DNA from: an uncultured Desulfurococcaceae archaeon
GTDB taxonomy: Archaea > Thermoproteota > Thermoprotei_A > Sulfolobales > NBVN01
NCBI GenBank assembly: GCA_964399035.1
Contig: CAYNPH010000048.1
Span: 9,685-73,684, forward strand
Reading direction: 5' to 3'
Length of the DNA stretch: 64,000 nucleotides
The notes beneath the pieces are model-generated. The model worked only from the letters and a program-made list of their open reading frames with translations, was not told the origin of the DNA and made no database searches. Positions 40,651 to 49,347 of this stretch are shown in pieces; positions within the stretch are counted from its first letter, which is position 1; every line of letters begins with the position of its first letter. A program made the position numbers and the translations under genes.

Positions 40651-41417
40651 TAGGATTAGGGTTATGCCCTGACCTTATTACATTAAGAGGGCTTGAGAAA
40701 GTCAGGGAAGCACGTAAAGTATACCTAGATGTCTACACGAGCTCCTTCCCTGGCTCCATAGATGATATTAAGAAGATTGTCGGACGTGACGACATAGCAT
40801 TAGCTAATCGAAGCATACTCGAAGAACGGAGCTCTGAAATCATACAGGAGCTCGAGTATGGGGATGTCGCGTTACTAGTTATAGGGAACCCTCTACTAGC
40901 GACTACCCATGTATCCTTACTTATAGAAGCGAGAAGTAAGGGATATAGCTTTGAGGTTGTGCCCGCACCCGGTATCATACCCAATGCCCTGTTGCTTGCT
41001 GGCTTAATGATATATAAGATCGGTAAGCCAGTTACGCTAACATACCCTCGGGAAGGTATCGTTTCAGAGTACCCGTATGACGTCATCAAGGACAACGACT
41101 CACGGAATCTCCACACCATACTGTTGCTTGAGATGGACATGGAGAAAGGCATAATGATGACCATACCCGAGGCAGTGAAGCTACTATTCAGATTAGAGAG
41201 CATAAGAGGGGAGGGCGTCATTAGCGACGACCGTAAGGCAGTCGCTGTTTCTGCACTGGGTTCTCCTAAGCAACGTATATGTCCACGTAAGCTTAAGGAA
41301 CTCCTTAACTATGAGGGGGAGGGTCCGCACACACTAATATTAGTATCCCCTAAGCCCCACTTTATGGAGGAGGAGGCGCTCACGGTGATAGGAAATGAGT
41401 TCTGCAGAGAACCTTGA
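40632..41417 (+). CDS. dph5: diphthine synthase
   Basis: KLYLVGLGL N-terminus of the tetrapyrrole-methylase fold, with length and pattern typical of Dph5. Confidence 0.9.
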   Translation: MGKLYLVGLGLCPDLITLRGLEKVREARKVYLDVYTSSFPGSIDDIKKIVGRDDIALANRSILEERSSEIIQELEYGDVALLVIGNPLLATTHVSLLIEARSKGYSFEVVPAPGIIPNALLLAGLMIYKIGKPVTLTYPREGIVSEYPYDVIKDNDSRNLHTILLLEMDMEKGIMMTIPEAVKLLFRLESIRGEGVISDDRKAVAVSALGSPKQRICPRKLKELLNYEGEGPHTLILVSPKPHFMEEEALTVIGNEFCREP

Positions 41418-42120
41418 GGAAACACTTGCATCAAGGATTAGGATATACCTGAGAATGGTCTCTAAGGCTCTTGAGCAATTAAGTGTTGATTCGTTAAAGC
41501 ACCATTCGAAAGCTTTAGAAGTTCTGAACCTAGCTAAGTTATATCGTGATGATGCCGAGTACTACTTAAATACTGGCGACCTGCCCACCGCACTAGCATG
41601 CATATCGTACGCTGAAGGACTGCTTGACGCCCTAAAGGTTATGGGTTTAGTAAACGTTTCATGGATCCGGGAAAGGCCCAAGAAAGTACTTGTTGCCGGC
41701 ACCTTCGACATAATACATGCTGGCCATATACGCTTCCTAAGGGAGGCATGGAAACTTGGATTAGTTTACGCTGTGGTTGCCAGGGACAAGAACGTCCAAA
41801 AGTTCAAGGGAAGGCTCCCAATAATGCCTGAGAACATGCGGCTGGAGGTAGTGTCCTCCATAAAGTACGTGTATAAGGCACTCCTAGGCGATGACACCGA
41901 CCTGCTTAAGCCCGTAGAGCGTGTGAGGCCCGACATAATATTCCTGGGCCCGGATCAGCCTATGGACGAGAAGTTCCTAAAAAGGGAGCTCGAGCGAAGA
42001 GGCATAAAAGCTGAAGTTAGGAGAATGTCAAGAAGGGAGGGCCCTGAGATCGCGTCAAGCACCTCAATAATAAAGGAGATTCTAAGGAGGTACTGCAACA
42101 GCGACGTTACTAGTAAATAA
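41395..42120 (+). CDS. ribL: RibL-type FAD synthase (cytidylyltransferase fold) with an N-terminal helical DUF357-like extension
   Basis: VLVAGTFDIIHAGHIRFL, VARDKNV and IIFLGPDQ closely parallel Methanocaldococcus RibL. About 95 extra N-terminal residues are present. Confidence 0.75.
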   Translation: MSSAENLEETLASRIRIYLRMVSKALEQLSVDSLKHHSKALEVLNLAKLYRDDAEYYLNTGDLPTALACISYAEGLLDALKVMGLVNVSWIRERPKKVLVAGTFDIIHAGHIRFLREAWKLGLVYAVVARDKNVQKFKGRLPIMPENMRLEVVSSIKYVYKALLGDDTDLLKPVERVRPDIIFLGPDQPMDEKFLKRELERRGIKAEVRRMSRREGPEIASSTSIIKEILRRYCNSDVTSK

Positions 42121-42181
42121 CTAAAATAGCCTGTATTATGTAGGTGATAAGTTTAAGCGACGCGTGCCTTAGAACGTAAAA

Positions 42182-42898
42182 TTACCTCTTTCTCCTACCG
42201 GTTCTTCTGGCAGCGATGTGGCCTACCTTCCTACCAGGCGGGGCGTTCCTCGATACTGTGGATGGTATTGACACGCTCTGGTGTGAGCCACCGCCGAACT
42301 TGTGGCTGACGGCATTCATAGCAACTCCACGCACTTTAGGCCAGATATGTGCTTTGGGCTTCCACTTGTAGTACGCTAGCCCGGCCTTCAACAGAGGCTT
42401 CTCAGTGCGTCCAGCGCCTGCAGGGACACCTATAGTAGCCCTAGCTGTGCTAAGTATGTTCTTCTGTCTCCCGCTGGGTAACTGAACTATCGTGTACTTT
42501 CCGGACCTACCTAAGATTATGGCGTAGCTACCTGACTGTCTTGCTAGTTTGCCGCCGTCTCCTGGTCTTAACTCTATGTTGTAGACCTTCGTACCCTCAG
42601 GGATCTTGCCTAAAGGAAGGGTGTTCCCTACGGCTATTGGTGCGTCGGGTCCTATAGCTACTTTCTGACCTACGTACATGCCCTCCGCTGCAGGCACGTA
42701 GTACTCTGTACCGTTCTCTAGCTCTATGCGGGCTAAGGGTACCCACCTACCGGGGTCGTGAACTAACTCAGTTACGACGCCCGTTAACGTGACATCACTT
42801 AATGGCGGATACTTAGCCGGCGCTACCCTTAGGTGTCCCCTATTCCTGAACTGTTGACCTCCACGGCCAGCCCTCTGTTGCCTTATCCTCTTACCCAT
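42182..42898 (-). CDS. rpl2: ribosomal protein uL2
   Basis: GRRIRQQRAGRGG N-terminus and MNAVSHKFGGG motif. Last in the L3-L4-L23-L2 order. Confidence 0.97.
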   Translation of the reverse strand: MGKRIRQQRAGRGGQQFRNRGHLRVAPAKYPPLSDVTLTGVVTELVHDPGRWVPLARIELENGTEYYVPAAEGMYVGQKVAIGPDAPIAVGNTLPLGKIPEGTKVYNIELRPGDGGKLARQSGSYAIILGRSGKYTIVQLPSGRQKNILSTARATIGVPAGAGRTEKPLLKAGLAYYKWKPKAHIWPKVRGVAMNAVSHKFGGGSHQSVSIPSTVSRNAPPGRKVGHIAARRTGRRKR

Positions 42899-42917
42899 GG
42901 GTCACACCCCACCCTGA

Positions 42918-43181
42918 TTAGATTATGCCTAGGCGAGTTGCTACCTCGCTGGCCTTGTACTCCGGGGCGAGCCTGACGTAGGCTTTCTTTTCGCCCTTAG
43001 GAGTGATTAGCGTACGGACCTTTTCAACCTTAACGTCGAAGAGCTCCTCGACTGCCCTCTTAATGTCGTGTTTAGTAGCCTTTAAGTCAACTATGAAGGT
43101 TAAGGTATTGGCGGTCTCAATGTAACTCAAGGCCTTTTCAGTAGCTACAATCCTCTTTATTACAGTAGCTGGGTCCCTCAT
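42918..43181 (-). CDS. rpl23: ribosomal protein uL23
   Basis: TEKA...[21 protein letters not shown] pattern. It sits between uL4 and uL2. Confidence 0.92.
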   Translation of the reverse strand: MRDPATVIKRIVATEKALSYIETANTLTFIVDLKATKHDIKRAVEELFDVKVEKVRTLITPKGEKKAYVRLAPEYKASEVATRLGII

Positions 43182-43999
43182 GCTGAAATCACCTCAAACT
43201 TCTCCCTTATCTTTGATAAGGCTGAAAGGCTATACACGGTTAACCTACCTGGAACTCCACCGGGTGCGAGGTGTAGCACACTTAGGTTGTCGGCAGAGAT
43301 TACGTCTACACCAGGCAGGTTTCTGAAGGCCTTTACTGCAGGGACATCGTGGCTTGACACGACTATGAGCAAGGATTTGGGAACCTTATACCTCCTCCCC
43401 CTCATCTTACCTTTCCCGCTCCTCACCCGCTTCCTTGCTGCGGTCCTTTCAACATCTTCCCAAAGACCTAAGTTCTGCAGCACTTTCTTAGCCTCGGCAG
43501 TGCTGCCCACGCTCTCTAAGTCATCCACAACAACCACAGGTAAGGTTTCCACGCTGAACTTATGGCCTCTTGCCCTGACTAGCTCCTCTCTAGACGTTGC
43601 GGCAATGGCTGAAGCTATCGCTCTAATGCGTTCCTTCTTGTTTATCTCCTCATGAAGTACCTTCTCAACCCTTGGCGGATGGGCGAGTCTTCCGCCGCGA
43701 GTCATTGGAGCTATTACAGCGCGTCCGTTGTCGAGCCTCGGAACCCTTGCGACGCTGTGGTGGATACCCCATGACTCGCCAGCCCTCCTCATGCCGGCTA
43801 GGGGGTCTCTGCCCTTAGGCTGGAGCCTTGCTGTGTGGGCAGAATGGAATGCCCTTCTTATTAAGTCCTTCCTCACTGGTAGGCTAAAGACTGAGGGTAG
43901 CTCAACTTCCTTAACGGGGGTTCCATCTAGCCCGTAAACAGGTACTCGTTTCCCTGGGTCCTCCCTTAATCCGAGCCACACTATCCTGTACGCCATCAC
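43178..43999 (-). CDS. rpl4: ribosomal protein uL4
   Basis: Position and sequence pattern ([15 protein letters not shown]). Confidence 0.92.
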   Translation of the reverse strand: MMAYRIVWLGLREDPGKRVPVYGLDGTPVKEVELPSVFSLPVRKDLIRRAFHSAHTARLQPKGRDPLAGMRRAGESWGIHHSVARVPRLDNGRAVIAPMTRGGRLAHPPRVEKVLHEEINKKERIRAIASAIAATSREELVRARGHKFSVETLPVVVVDDLESVGSTAEAKKVLQNLGLWEDVERTAARKRVRSGKGKMRGRRYKVPKSLLIVVSSHDVPAVKAFRNLPGVDVISADNLSVLHLAPGGVPGRLTVYSLSALSKIREKFEVISA

Positions 44000-44011
44000 T
44001 TACCACCCAGC

Positions 44012-45064
44012 TCAGATTTTGCTTTCTAAGCTCACATAAATTACCTTAGGTGCTTGTTCGGGCACCCACTTGGGCGGCCTTACGGGCCATCGTAGTACGA
44101 GCGGACGTTTGGGCGTTCCTTGCACGCTTCCTCTAACAACGATGTAGTCGGTTCTTAGGAGGCCGTAGTGCGGGAATGCGCTCACTGGCGTGAACTCGCG
44201 TAGGATCCTCTCCGCTTCCTCGGCAGGCTTATCGCTTACTATTCTCATAGCTATGATCCTCTTATTGTATTCTGTCCTTCTGTGCATACCCATTTGGCCA
44301 GCCTGTGGTACGGGGCTAATCGCGCCAATGCCTGGGCTCCTAGCGCCTATTCTTCTTGATCCTTTCCTCTGTTTGTTCCATTTCGGTAGCTCCTTGACGC
44401 CGAACCTTTTCACTACACCCTGGAATCCTTTACCCTTAGTTACTCCTATTACGTCTATGAACTGTCCTTCACGAAACACGTCTGAAATCTTCAAGGGGTT
44501 TCCGAGAATGTTTAACGCGTATTGCACTTGATCATCTACGTTTCCTCCACCCACCTTAACCTCTACAATGTCGGGAACCTTCTTACTGAGGCCTCCCGTT
44601 AACCGTGGTTGTGATGCCAGAATTAAGGAAACCCTAGCGACGTAGTCCTTGTTATTCTCTAGCTTCTTACGTGCCTTCTCAACGCCCTCTTCATTCACCT
44701 TCAATGACTTTATTCTTCGCTTTATCTGTAGCTCCTCCGGGGGCTGTGCCCAGACCTCCGTAAGTGTCCGTAGCCCACCGACGGTTGCTTCATAGAATCT
44801 CGCCGCAACAGGGATCATTGGAGGCGTTTCAATTACGGTTACCGGAACGAATACCTCCTTTCCATACGTTGGTGTTCCAGGTCTATCATCAATCATTATT
44901 ATGTGGGTCATCCCAACCTTGTAACCTAAGAACCCCAGAGGTCTGGGCTCATCGAAGTCCACTTCTGGCCAAGTCTTTACTCTAGGCACAAACTTAGATG
45001 CCCTCTTCCTAGGCCTTACCCCTAGGCTACCCCTACGTGGCGCTGAGTGCTTCCGTCGTGCCAT
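44012..45064 (-). CDS. rpl3: ribosomal protein uL3
   Basis: PRRGSLGVRPRKRA N-terminus, GYKVGMTH and GKGFQGVVKR motifs. Confidence 0.95.
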   Translation of the reverse strand: MARRKHSAPRRGSLGVRPRKRASKFVPRVKTWPEVDFDEPRPLGFLGYKVGMTHIIMIDDRPGTPTYGKEVFVPVTVIETPPMIPVAARFYEATVGGLRTLTEVWAQPPEELQIKRRIKSLKVNEEGVEKARKKLENNKDYVARVSLILASQPRLTGGLSKKVPDIVEVKVGGGNVDDQVQYALNILGNPLKISDVFREGQFIDVIGVTKGKGFQGVVKRFGVKELPKWNKQRKGSRRIGARSPGIGAISPVPQAGQMGMHRRTEYNKRIIAMRIVSDKPAEEAERILREFTPVSAFPHYGLLRTDYIVVRGSVQGTPKRPLVLRWPVRPPKWVPEQAPKVIYVSLESKI

Positions 45065-45135
45065 ACCTCCACACCACTACCTCCAAGTGTCTGCTATCTG
45101 GCTTTAAATCCTTAGCTTATAACGCTTTTGAAGGT

Positions 45136-45192
45136 TGTGTCAGCCTATGTCCCTACATCACCCATCAGAACTCGGCAAATACATCATTCACT
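45136..45192 (-). ncRNA. C/D box sRNA
   Basis: On the minus strand: C AUGAUGU (45187-81), 12-nt guide AUUUGCCGAGUU, D' CUGA (45168-65), 3-nt loop, C' GUGAUGU (45161-55), 11-nt guide AGGGACAUAGG, D CUGA (45143-40). AT-rich TATA-like elements lie 20-35 nt upstream. Confidence 0.68.
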
Positions 45193-45246
45193 TTCACACT
45201 TACCTTAATAAGGCGGGTAATAAGCTATGAGAGGAGGTTGGTAAGA

Positions 45247-45363
45247 ATGGGAGGACGCCAGAGAACGACGCTCTTCATGGGTGTTGGCGGAATAAAGGAA
45301 GAGAAGAAGAAGGAGCAAGAAAAAGGTAGGCAGAAAGGTAAGGGTAAGAGAAAGAAAAGGTAA
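45247..45363 (+). CDS. candidate 38-aa Lys/Arg/Glu-rich small protein
   Basis: GAGGAGGT (45231-38) lies 8 nt before the ATG. The ORF MGGRQRTTLFMGVGGIKEEKKKEQEKGRQKGKGKRKKR is followed by the T-run TTTTGTTTTT. It is below the ORF-track cut-off when started at this ATG. Confidence 0.35.
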   Translation: MGGRQRTTLFMGVGGIKEEKKKEQEKGRQKGKGKRKKR

Positions 45364-45445
45364 ATGCACCATAGGTTTTGTTTTTATGTTATTAAGTTAG
45401 TAAATCGGCGAGGTATATTAGCAATAGTCTTGGAGTTGGGGTGAA

Positions 45446-46321
45446 TTGAAGGCTTTTGAGTGGCCTCCTCGGAAGCATCCGGTACATGTTGTGGTGGTCA
45501 TACCCGCATCCAACTTATCAATCCTACCCACACTTCGGGAGAAGACGGAATTCGCGGGTGAGCTCGGGCGTACCTTAGCTATATACAAGGTTAACGACGT
45601 CATAGTATACGATGACGAATTTGCTGAGGAAGGTGATGCTGACCTCCTGGCAACCTTGCTGAGCTACTTGCAGGTTCCACCATATCTCCGAAAAAGGATA
45701 GTCCCGATAACACCTGAGTTAAGGTACGCAGGGCTTCTGCATCCGCTTAACATTGTTACTCACAATCCCGCCAACAAAGCACCTACTCGTGGCGATCTCA
45801 GGGAAGGAGTTGTAGTAGTCTCATGGGGTGCGACAGCCAAGACATTTGTGGGGTCAAAGAACCTTTGCTTTACCGAATCATCTCGGGAACTCAAGCCGGG
45901 GGAAAGAATCTTAGTTAGGATCGAGCGTGCTAAGCCTATGAAGTGCCGTGAGGTAAGGCCGGAAGAAATAGAGGAGTATGTGGGTTACAGAGTGTTGAAG
46001 GCGGGAGACGACATAGTTGACGCGATAAGGTACTTCAACGGCGTAGTTGTTCTAACGTCTAAACACGGTGAAAGCTTTTCCAAGCAGGGATTAAGGAAAA
46101 CCCTGCTAAACGAGGCGTTGCGGAGCAAAGGATTGGTTCTGTTATTCGGTAATAGCAAGCTAGACTTTGATGAAATCCTCGGTAAAGAGAGGTTCGCAGC
46201 TCTTGAGCCAGTGTGGAGAGTGAACTTCATCCCGGGTCAAGGGGTACTCTCAGTGAGAACTGTTGAGGCTCTGCATGCAGTTTTAGCTCAGATAAATACA
46301 GAGCTATGGTCTAGGAAATAG
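45446..46321 (+). CDS. SPOUT-superfamily putative RNA methyltransferase (DUF171/COG2106 type)
   Basis: VVVIPASNLS..L.EKT...G.LGRTLAIYKVNDVIVY N-terminal pattern and C-terminal LLFGN...NFIPGQGVLSVRTVEAL. TTG start with TATA-like GTATATTA about 30 nt upstream. Confidence 0.7.
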   Translation: MKAFEWPPRKHPVHVVVVIPASNLSILPTLREKTEFAGELGRTLAIYKVNDVIVYDDEFAEEGDADLLATLLSYLQVPPYLRKRIVPITPELRYAGLLHPLNIVTHNPANKAPTRGDLREGVVVVSWGATAKTFVGSKNLCFTESSRELKPGERILVRIERAKPMKCREVRPEEIEEYVGYRVLKAGDDIVDAIRYFNGVVVLTSKHGESFSKQGLRKTLLNEALRSKGLVLLFGNSKLDFDEILGKERFAALEPVWRVNFIPGQGVLSVRTVEALHAVLAQINTELWSRK

Positions 46322-46381
46322 CCTTAAGCGTTGCGCAGGATAAGAGAGGAAAACTAATAAAGCTCGCAAAGTAAAGACGGG

Positions 46382-46867
46382 TTGGTGCGTAGAGTGGCGC
46401 TCGACATTGAGGTACCACCAGAGTGGAAGAAGTTCAGGTATAGGGGGAAGACCCTCGAGGAACTGCTGAATATGCCTATGGATCAGTTACTAGAGTTACT
46501 GCCTTCGAGGGCAAGGAGATCACTACTTAGGGAATCCTCCCCTGAGATACAGCAGAGAAGGATGGAGATGGGTATTAAGGAGTCTCCCAGACTAAAGTTG
46601 CTTAGGAAGGTCATGGAGGCTAGGGAACTACTAAAGCAGGGCAAGAAAGTCCGCATAAGGACACATGTTAGGGACATGGTGATACTGCCGGTAATGGTTG
46701 GACTCACAATTGAAGTGTATAATGGTAAGGAATTCATACCGGTGAGAATAACGCCCGAAATGATAGGGCATTACCTGGGAGAGTTCGCGCCAACAACTAG
46801 GATAGTGCAGCATGGAGAGCCAGGCCTCAAGGCAACGAGGTCAACACTGTTCGTCGCGATGAAGTAA
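46382..46867 (+). CDS. rps19: ribosomal protein uS19
   Basis: [23 protein letters not shown] and [22 protein letters not shown]. The exact start is uncertain (TTG 46382, GTG 46385 or GTG 46394). Confidence 0.92.
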   Translation: MVRRVALDIEVPPEWKKFRYRGKTLEELLNMPMDQLLELLPSRARRSLLRESSPEIQQRRMEMGIKESPRLKLLRKVMEARELLKQGKKVRIRTHVRDMVILPVMVGLTIEVYNGKEFIPVRITPEMIGHYLGEFAPTTRIVQHGEPGLKATRSTLFVAMK

Positions 46868-46879
46868 GTAGTTCTTGCC

Positions 46880-47275
46880 TTAACCAATATATTTCTTCAG
46901 GCTTTTTACGAGCCTACTAACGTCCTTCTCGAGGAGGATTAAGCAAATTTCCTTGCCATTCTTTAGCCTTATTAGTACCTCCGATACGTTCCCGCTAATT
47001 TCGTCAGGAAATAGGTCAGCAATGTCTCTCCGTGTCCTCCTTAGGGGGTACTTACGGATGTTGAGGACATCACTTGCGCCGACCTCCAGTTCCGTGATAC
47101 CTTTACTTGATAGGATAGTGTGTAGCTCCCTTATTGAGAGTTGTCCCTTTATTTTAACAAGTCTGTTACTTATGTCTGGATAAACTATGATGCGTACCTT
47201 TCCTGGGGACGCCACAATCTTGCATTTATGAAAAAACCTGTCCCTACGCACATATGCTGGCTTAATTACTGGCAT
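46880..47275 (-). CDS. hypothetical protein co-oriented with rtcB
   Basis: 131-aa ORF beginning 5 nt after the rtcB stop. No family recognised, and it lacks archease-like features. Confidence 0.5.
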   Translation of the reverse strand: MPVIKPAYVRRDRFFHKCKIVASPGKVRIIVYPDISNRLVKIKGQLSIRELHTILSSKGITELEVGASDVLNIRKYPLRRTRRDIADLFPDEISGNVSEVLIRLKNGKEICLILLEKDVSRLVKSLKKYIG

Positions 47276-47280
47276 CGTGC

Positions 47281-48732
47281 TTAACCTTTGACAACCCCAA
47301 TTGGTCTGAGCCTAGCGACCAGCGCGGCTATTTTTACTTGGTGAGTTACCATCGCTACCTTATCTACGTCCTTGTACGCACCGGGTGCTTCCTCACTTAT
47401 TACTCTCCTAGTTGCTGCGTGGAGGTATATGCCCTGCTTAGCTAGACTGGAAGTGACTTCATGAGGTCTATACGTTCTTATCGCTGCGTGTCTCGACATC
47501 CACCTGCCAGCCCCATGTGCTGCTGAGTAGAACGTGCGTTTCCCTTCAGGCACTCCCACCATGACGTAACTAGCCGTCCCCATGGAGCCCGGTATCAGTA
47601 CTACCTGCCCTACTGACTTGTGGTCCTTCGGTATCTCTGGGTGACCAGGCGGGAACGCTCTTGTCGCCCCTTTCCTATGGACCACGAGCTTCATTCTCTT
47701 CCCGTTCACTTCGTGTTCCTCGAGCTTAGCGATGTTATGTGCCAGGTCGTATATTATTTTTAACCCTAGCTTGTCTGGGTCGGTGTGGAAGACCTTACCG
47801 AAGGACTCGCGGACCCAATGCGTTATTATTTGCCTGTTGGCAAAGGCGAAGTTTGCTGCTGCGCCCATGGCCTTGAAGTAGTCTTGCCCTTCCTTACTGT
47901 TGAAGGGGACTGAAGCAAGTTCCCTGTCTGGGGGCCTTATTCCGTACTTGCGCATTGCCCTCTCCATAATTATTAAGTAGTCGCTAGCTACCTGGTGTCC
48001 AAGACCCCTTGACCCTGTGTGAACCATTACAGTGACCTGCCCTTCCTCATAAATCCCCAGCACCTTAGCTACGGCGGGGTTGTAGATCTTATCCACTATC
48101 TGAATTTCCAGGAAATGATTCCCAGCACCTAACGTGCCTAGCTGAGGAGCGCCCCTCCTCTTGGCGGTGTTACTTACTTTGCTTGCGTCAGCCCAAGGTA
48201 TCCGGCCTTGGGCCTCTATATGCTCGGTGTCGTCGGCCCAGCCAAAACCATTTCTTACAGCCCACTGGGCCCCCTCATTAAGGACTTCATCGAGCTCACC
48301 GAAGCTTAACCTAAGTTTCCCTGTACTCCCAACGCCAGATGGCACGTTCCTGAAAATTGTGTCAACGAGTTCCTTCAGCCTTGTCCTTATATCATCGACC
48401 CTTAACTCAGTTGAAAGTAGCCTAACGCCGCAGTTTATGTCATAACCAACGCCACCCGGTGAAATCACACCCTCGTCAGCTACCATGGCAGCGACGCCGC
48501 CTATCGGGAAGCCATAGCCCTGGTGACCATCGGGCATCACGTAAGTTGCTAAGACGACGCCGTCGAGACACGCTATGTTGGCTGCTTGAACTAGCGTTAA
48601 GTCGGTCTTCATTTTGCTTAGGAGGTACTCATCAGCAAATATTATTGCTGGTACCTTCATACACGGCTTGGTTCCTTTCGGTATTTCCCACGTGTACTTA
48701 TCTACCCTTCGCAGTGGGATGTTATGACTCAT
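47281..48732 (-). CDS. rtcB: RNA-splicing ligase RtcB
   Basis: MPDGHQGYGFPIGGVAA, GGVGYDINCGVRL and HGAGR motifs. ATG 48732 matches the N-termini of known RtcB proteins. The ORF is open to 48759. Confidence 0.95.
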   Translation of the reverse strand: MSHNIPLRRVDKYTWEIPKGTKPCMKVPAIIFADEYLLSKMKTDLTLVQAANIACLDGVVLATYVMPDGHQGYGFPIGGVAAMVADEGVISPGGVGYDINCGVRLLSTELRVDDIRTRLKELVDTIFRNVPSGVGSTGKLRLSFGELDEVLNEGAQWAVRNGFGWADDTEHIEAQGRIPWADASKVSNTAKRRGAPQLGTLGAGNHFLEIQIVDKIYNPAVAKVLGIYEEGQVTVMVHTGSRGLGHQVASDYLIIMERAMRKYGIRPPDRELASVPFNSKEGQDYFKAMGAAANFAFANRQIITHWVRESFGKVFHTDPDKLGLKIIYDLAHNIAKLEEHEVNGKRMKLVVHRKGATRAFPPGHPEIPKDHKSVGQVVLIPGSMGTASYVMVGVPEGKRTFYSAAHGAGRWMSRHAAIRTYRPHEVTSSLAKQGIYLHAATRRVISEEAPGAYKDVDKVAMVTHQVKIAALVARLRPIGVVKG

Positions 48733-48861
48733 AACTACACACCTACGCTTAACTACCATTAAGCGGTTTTAAGAATTCCATGGTTTCTGCACGCGTGGGT
48801 AAAACTTATGAACTTATAAGCCCCACCTAAAAAGGTCTTAGGCAGTGGGGAAGGTGGGACG

Positions 48862-49347
48862 ATGCCAGTATGGCACTACTCCGTGAAGGTGAAGAAGGAG
48901 GATGAAGATCGCGTAGCTAAGGCTATGGTTTGGGATGCACCGGTCTCACTTAAGGAGACCTACGAGATATTCAAAATAATCCGGGGCATGAAGCTGAAGG
49001 AAGCCGAGAAATTGCTTGAGGACGTTATAGCGCTTAGAACCCCTATTCCTTATGTTAGATATAAGCTACAGGTTGCCCATAAGCGGGGACTGCCCCAGAG
49101 ATTCCCGCGGTGGAAGACACCAATAGGTAGGTACCCTGTCAAAGCCGCTAAGGCGGTTCTCAAACTCCTGAAGAACGTTGAGAACAATGCGGAGCAGAAG
49201 CAACTGGATATCGATAGGCTGGTCATAATTCATGCAGCTGTCCATAAGGGTAGGTACCTTAAGAGGTGGATACCTCGTGCCTTCGGCCGTGCAACTCCGA
49301 AGGTTGGGACCATGGTTAACATGGAGGTAATAGTTAAGGAGGTGTGA
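48862..49347 (+). CDS. rpl22: ribosomal protein uL22
   Basis: Sequence pattern and position upstream of uS3. Confidence 0.92.
   Translation: MPVWHYSVKVKKEDEDRVAKAMVWDAPVSLKETYEIFKIIRGMKLKEAEKLLEDVIALRTPIPYVRYKLQVAHKRGLPQRFPRWKTPIGRYPVKAAKAVLKLLKNVENNAEQKQLDIDRLVIIHAAVHKGRYLKRWIPRAFGRATPKVGTMVNMEVIVKEV

Noticed and set aside
45037-45363. The 108-aa ORF spanning the uL3 start and the intergenic gap.
   Set aside because: Its 5' part overlaps the uL3 start and the C/D sRNA region and looks non-coding. Only the last 38 codons, which have their own SD and ATG, are retained as a low-confidence candidate.
46880-47275. The rtcB-linked ORF considered as archease.
   Set aside because: The sequence shows none of the archease features I recognise, so it is kept as a hypothetical protein.
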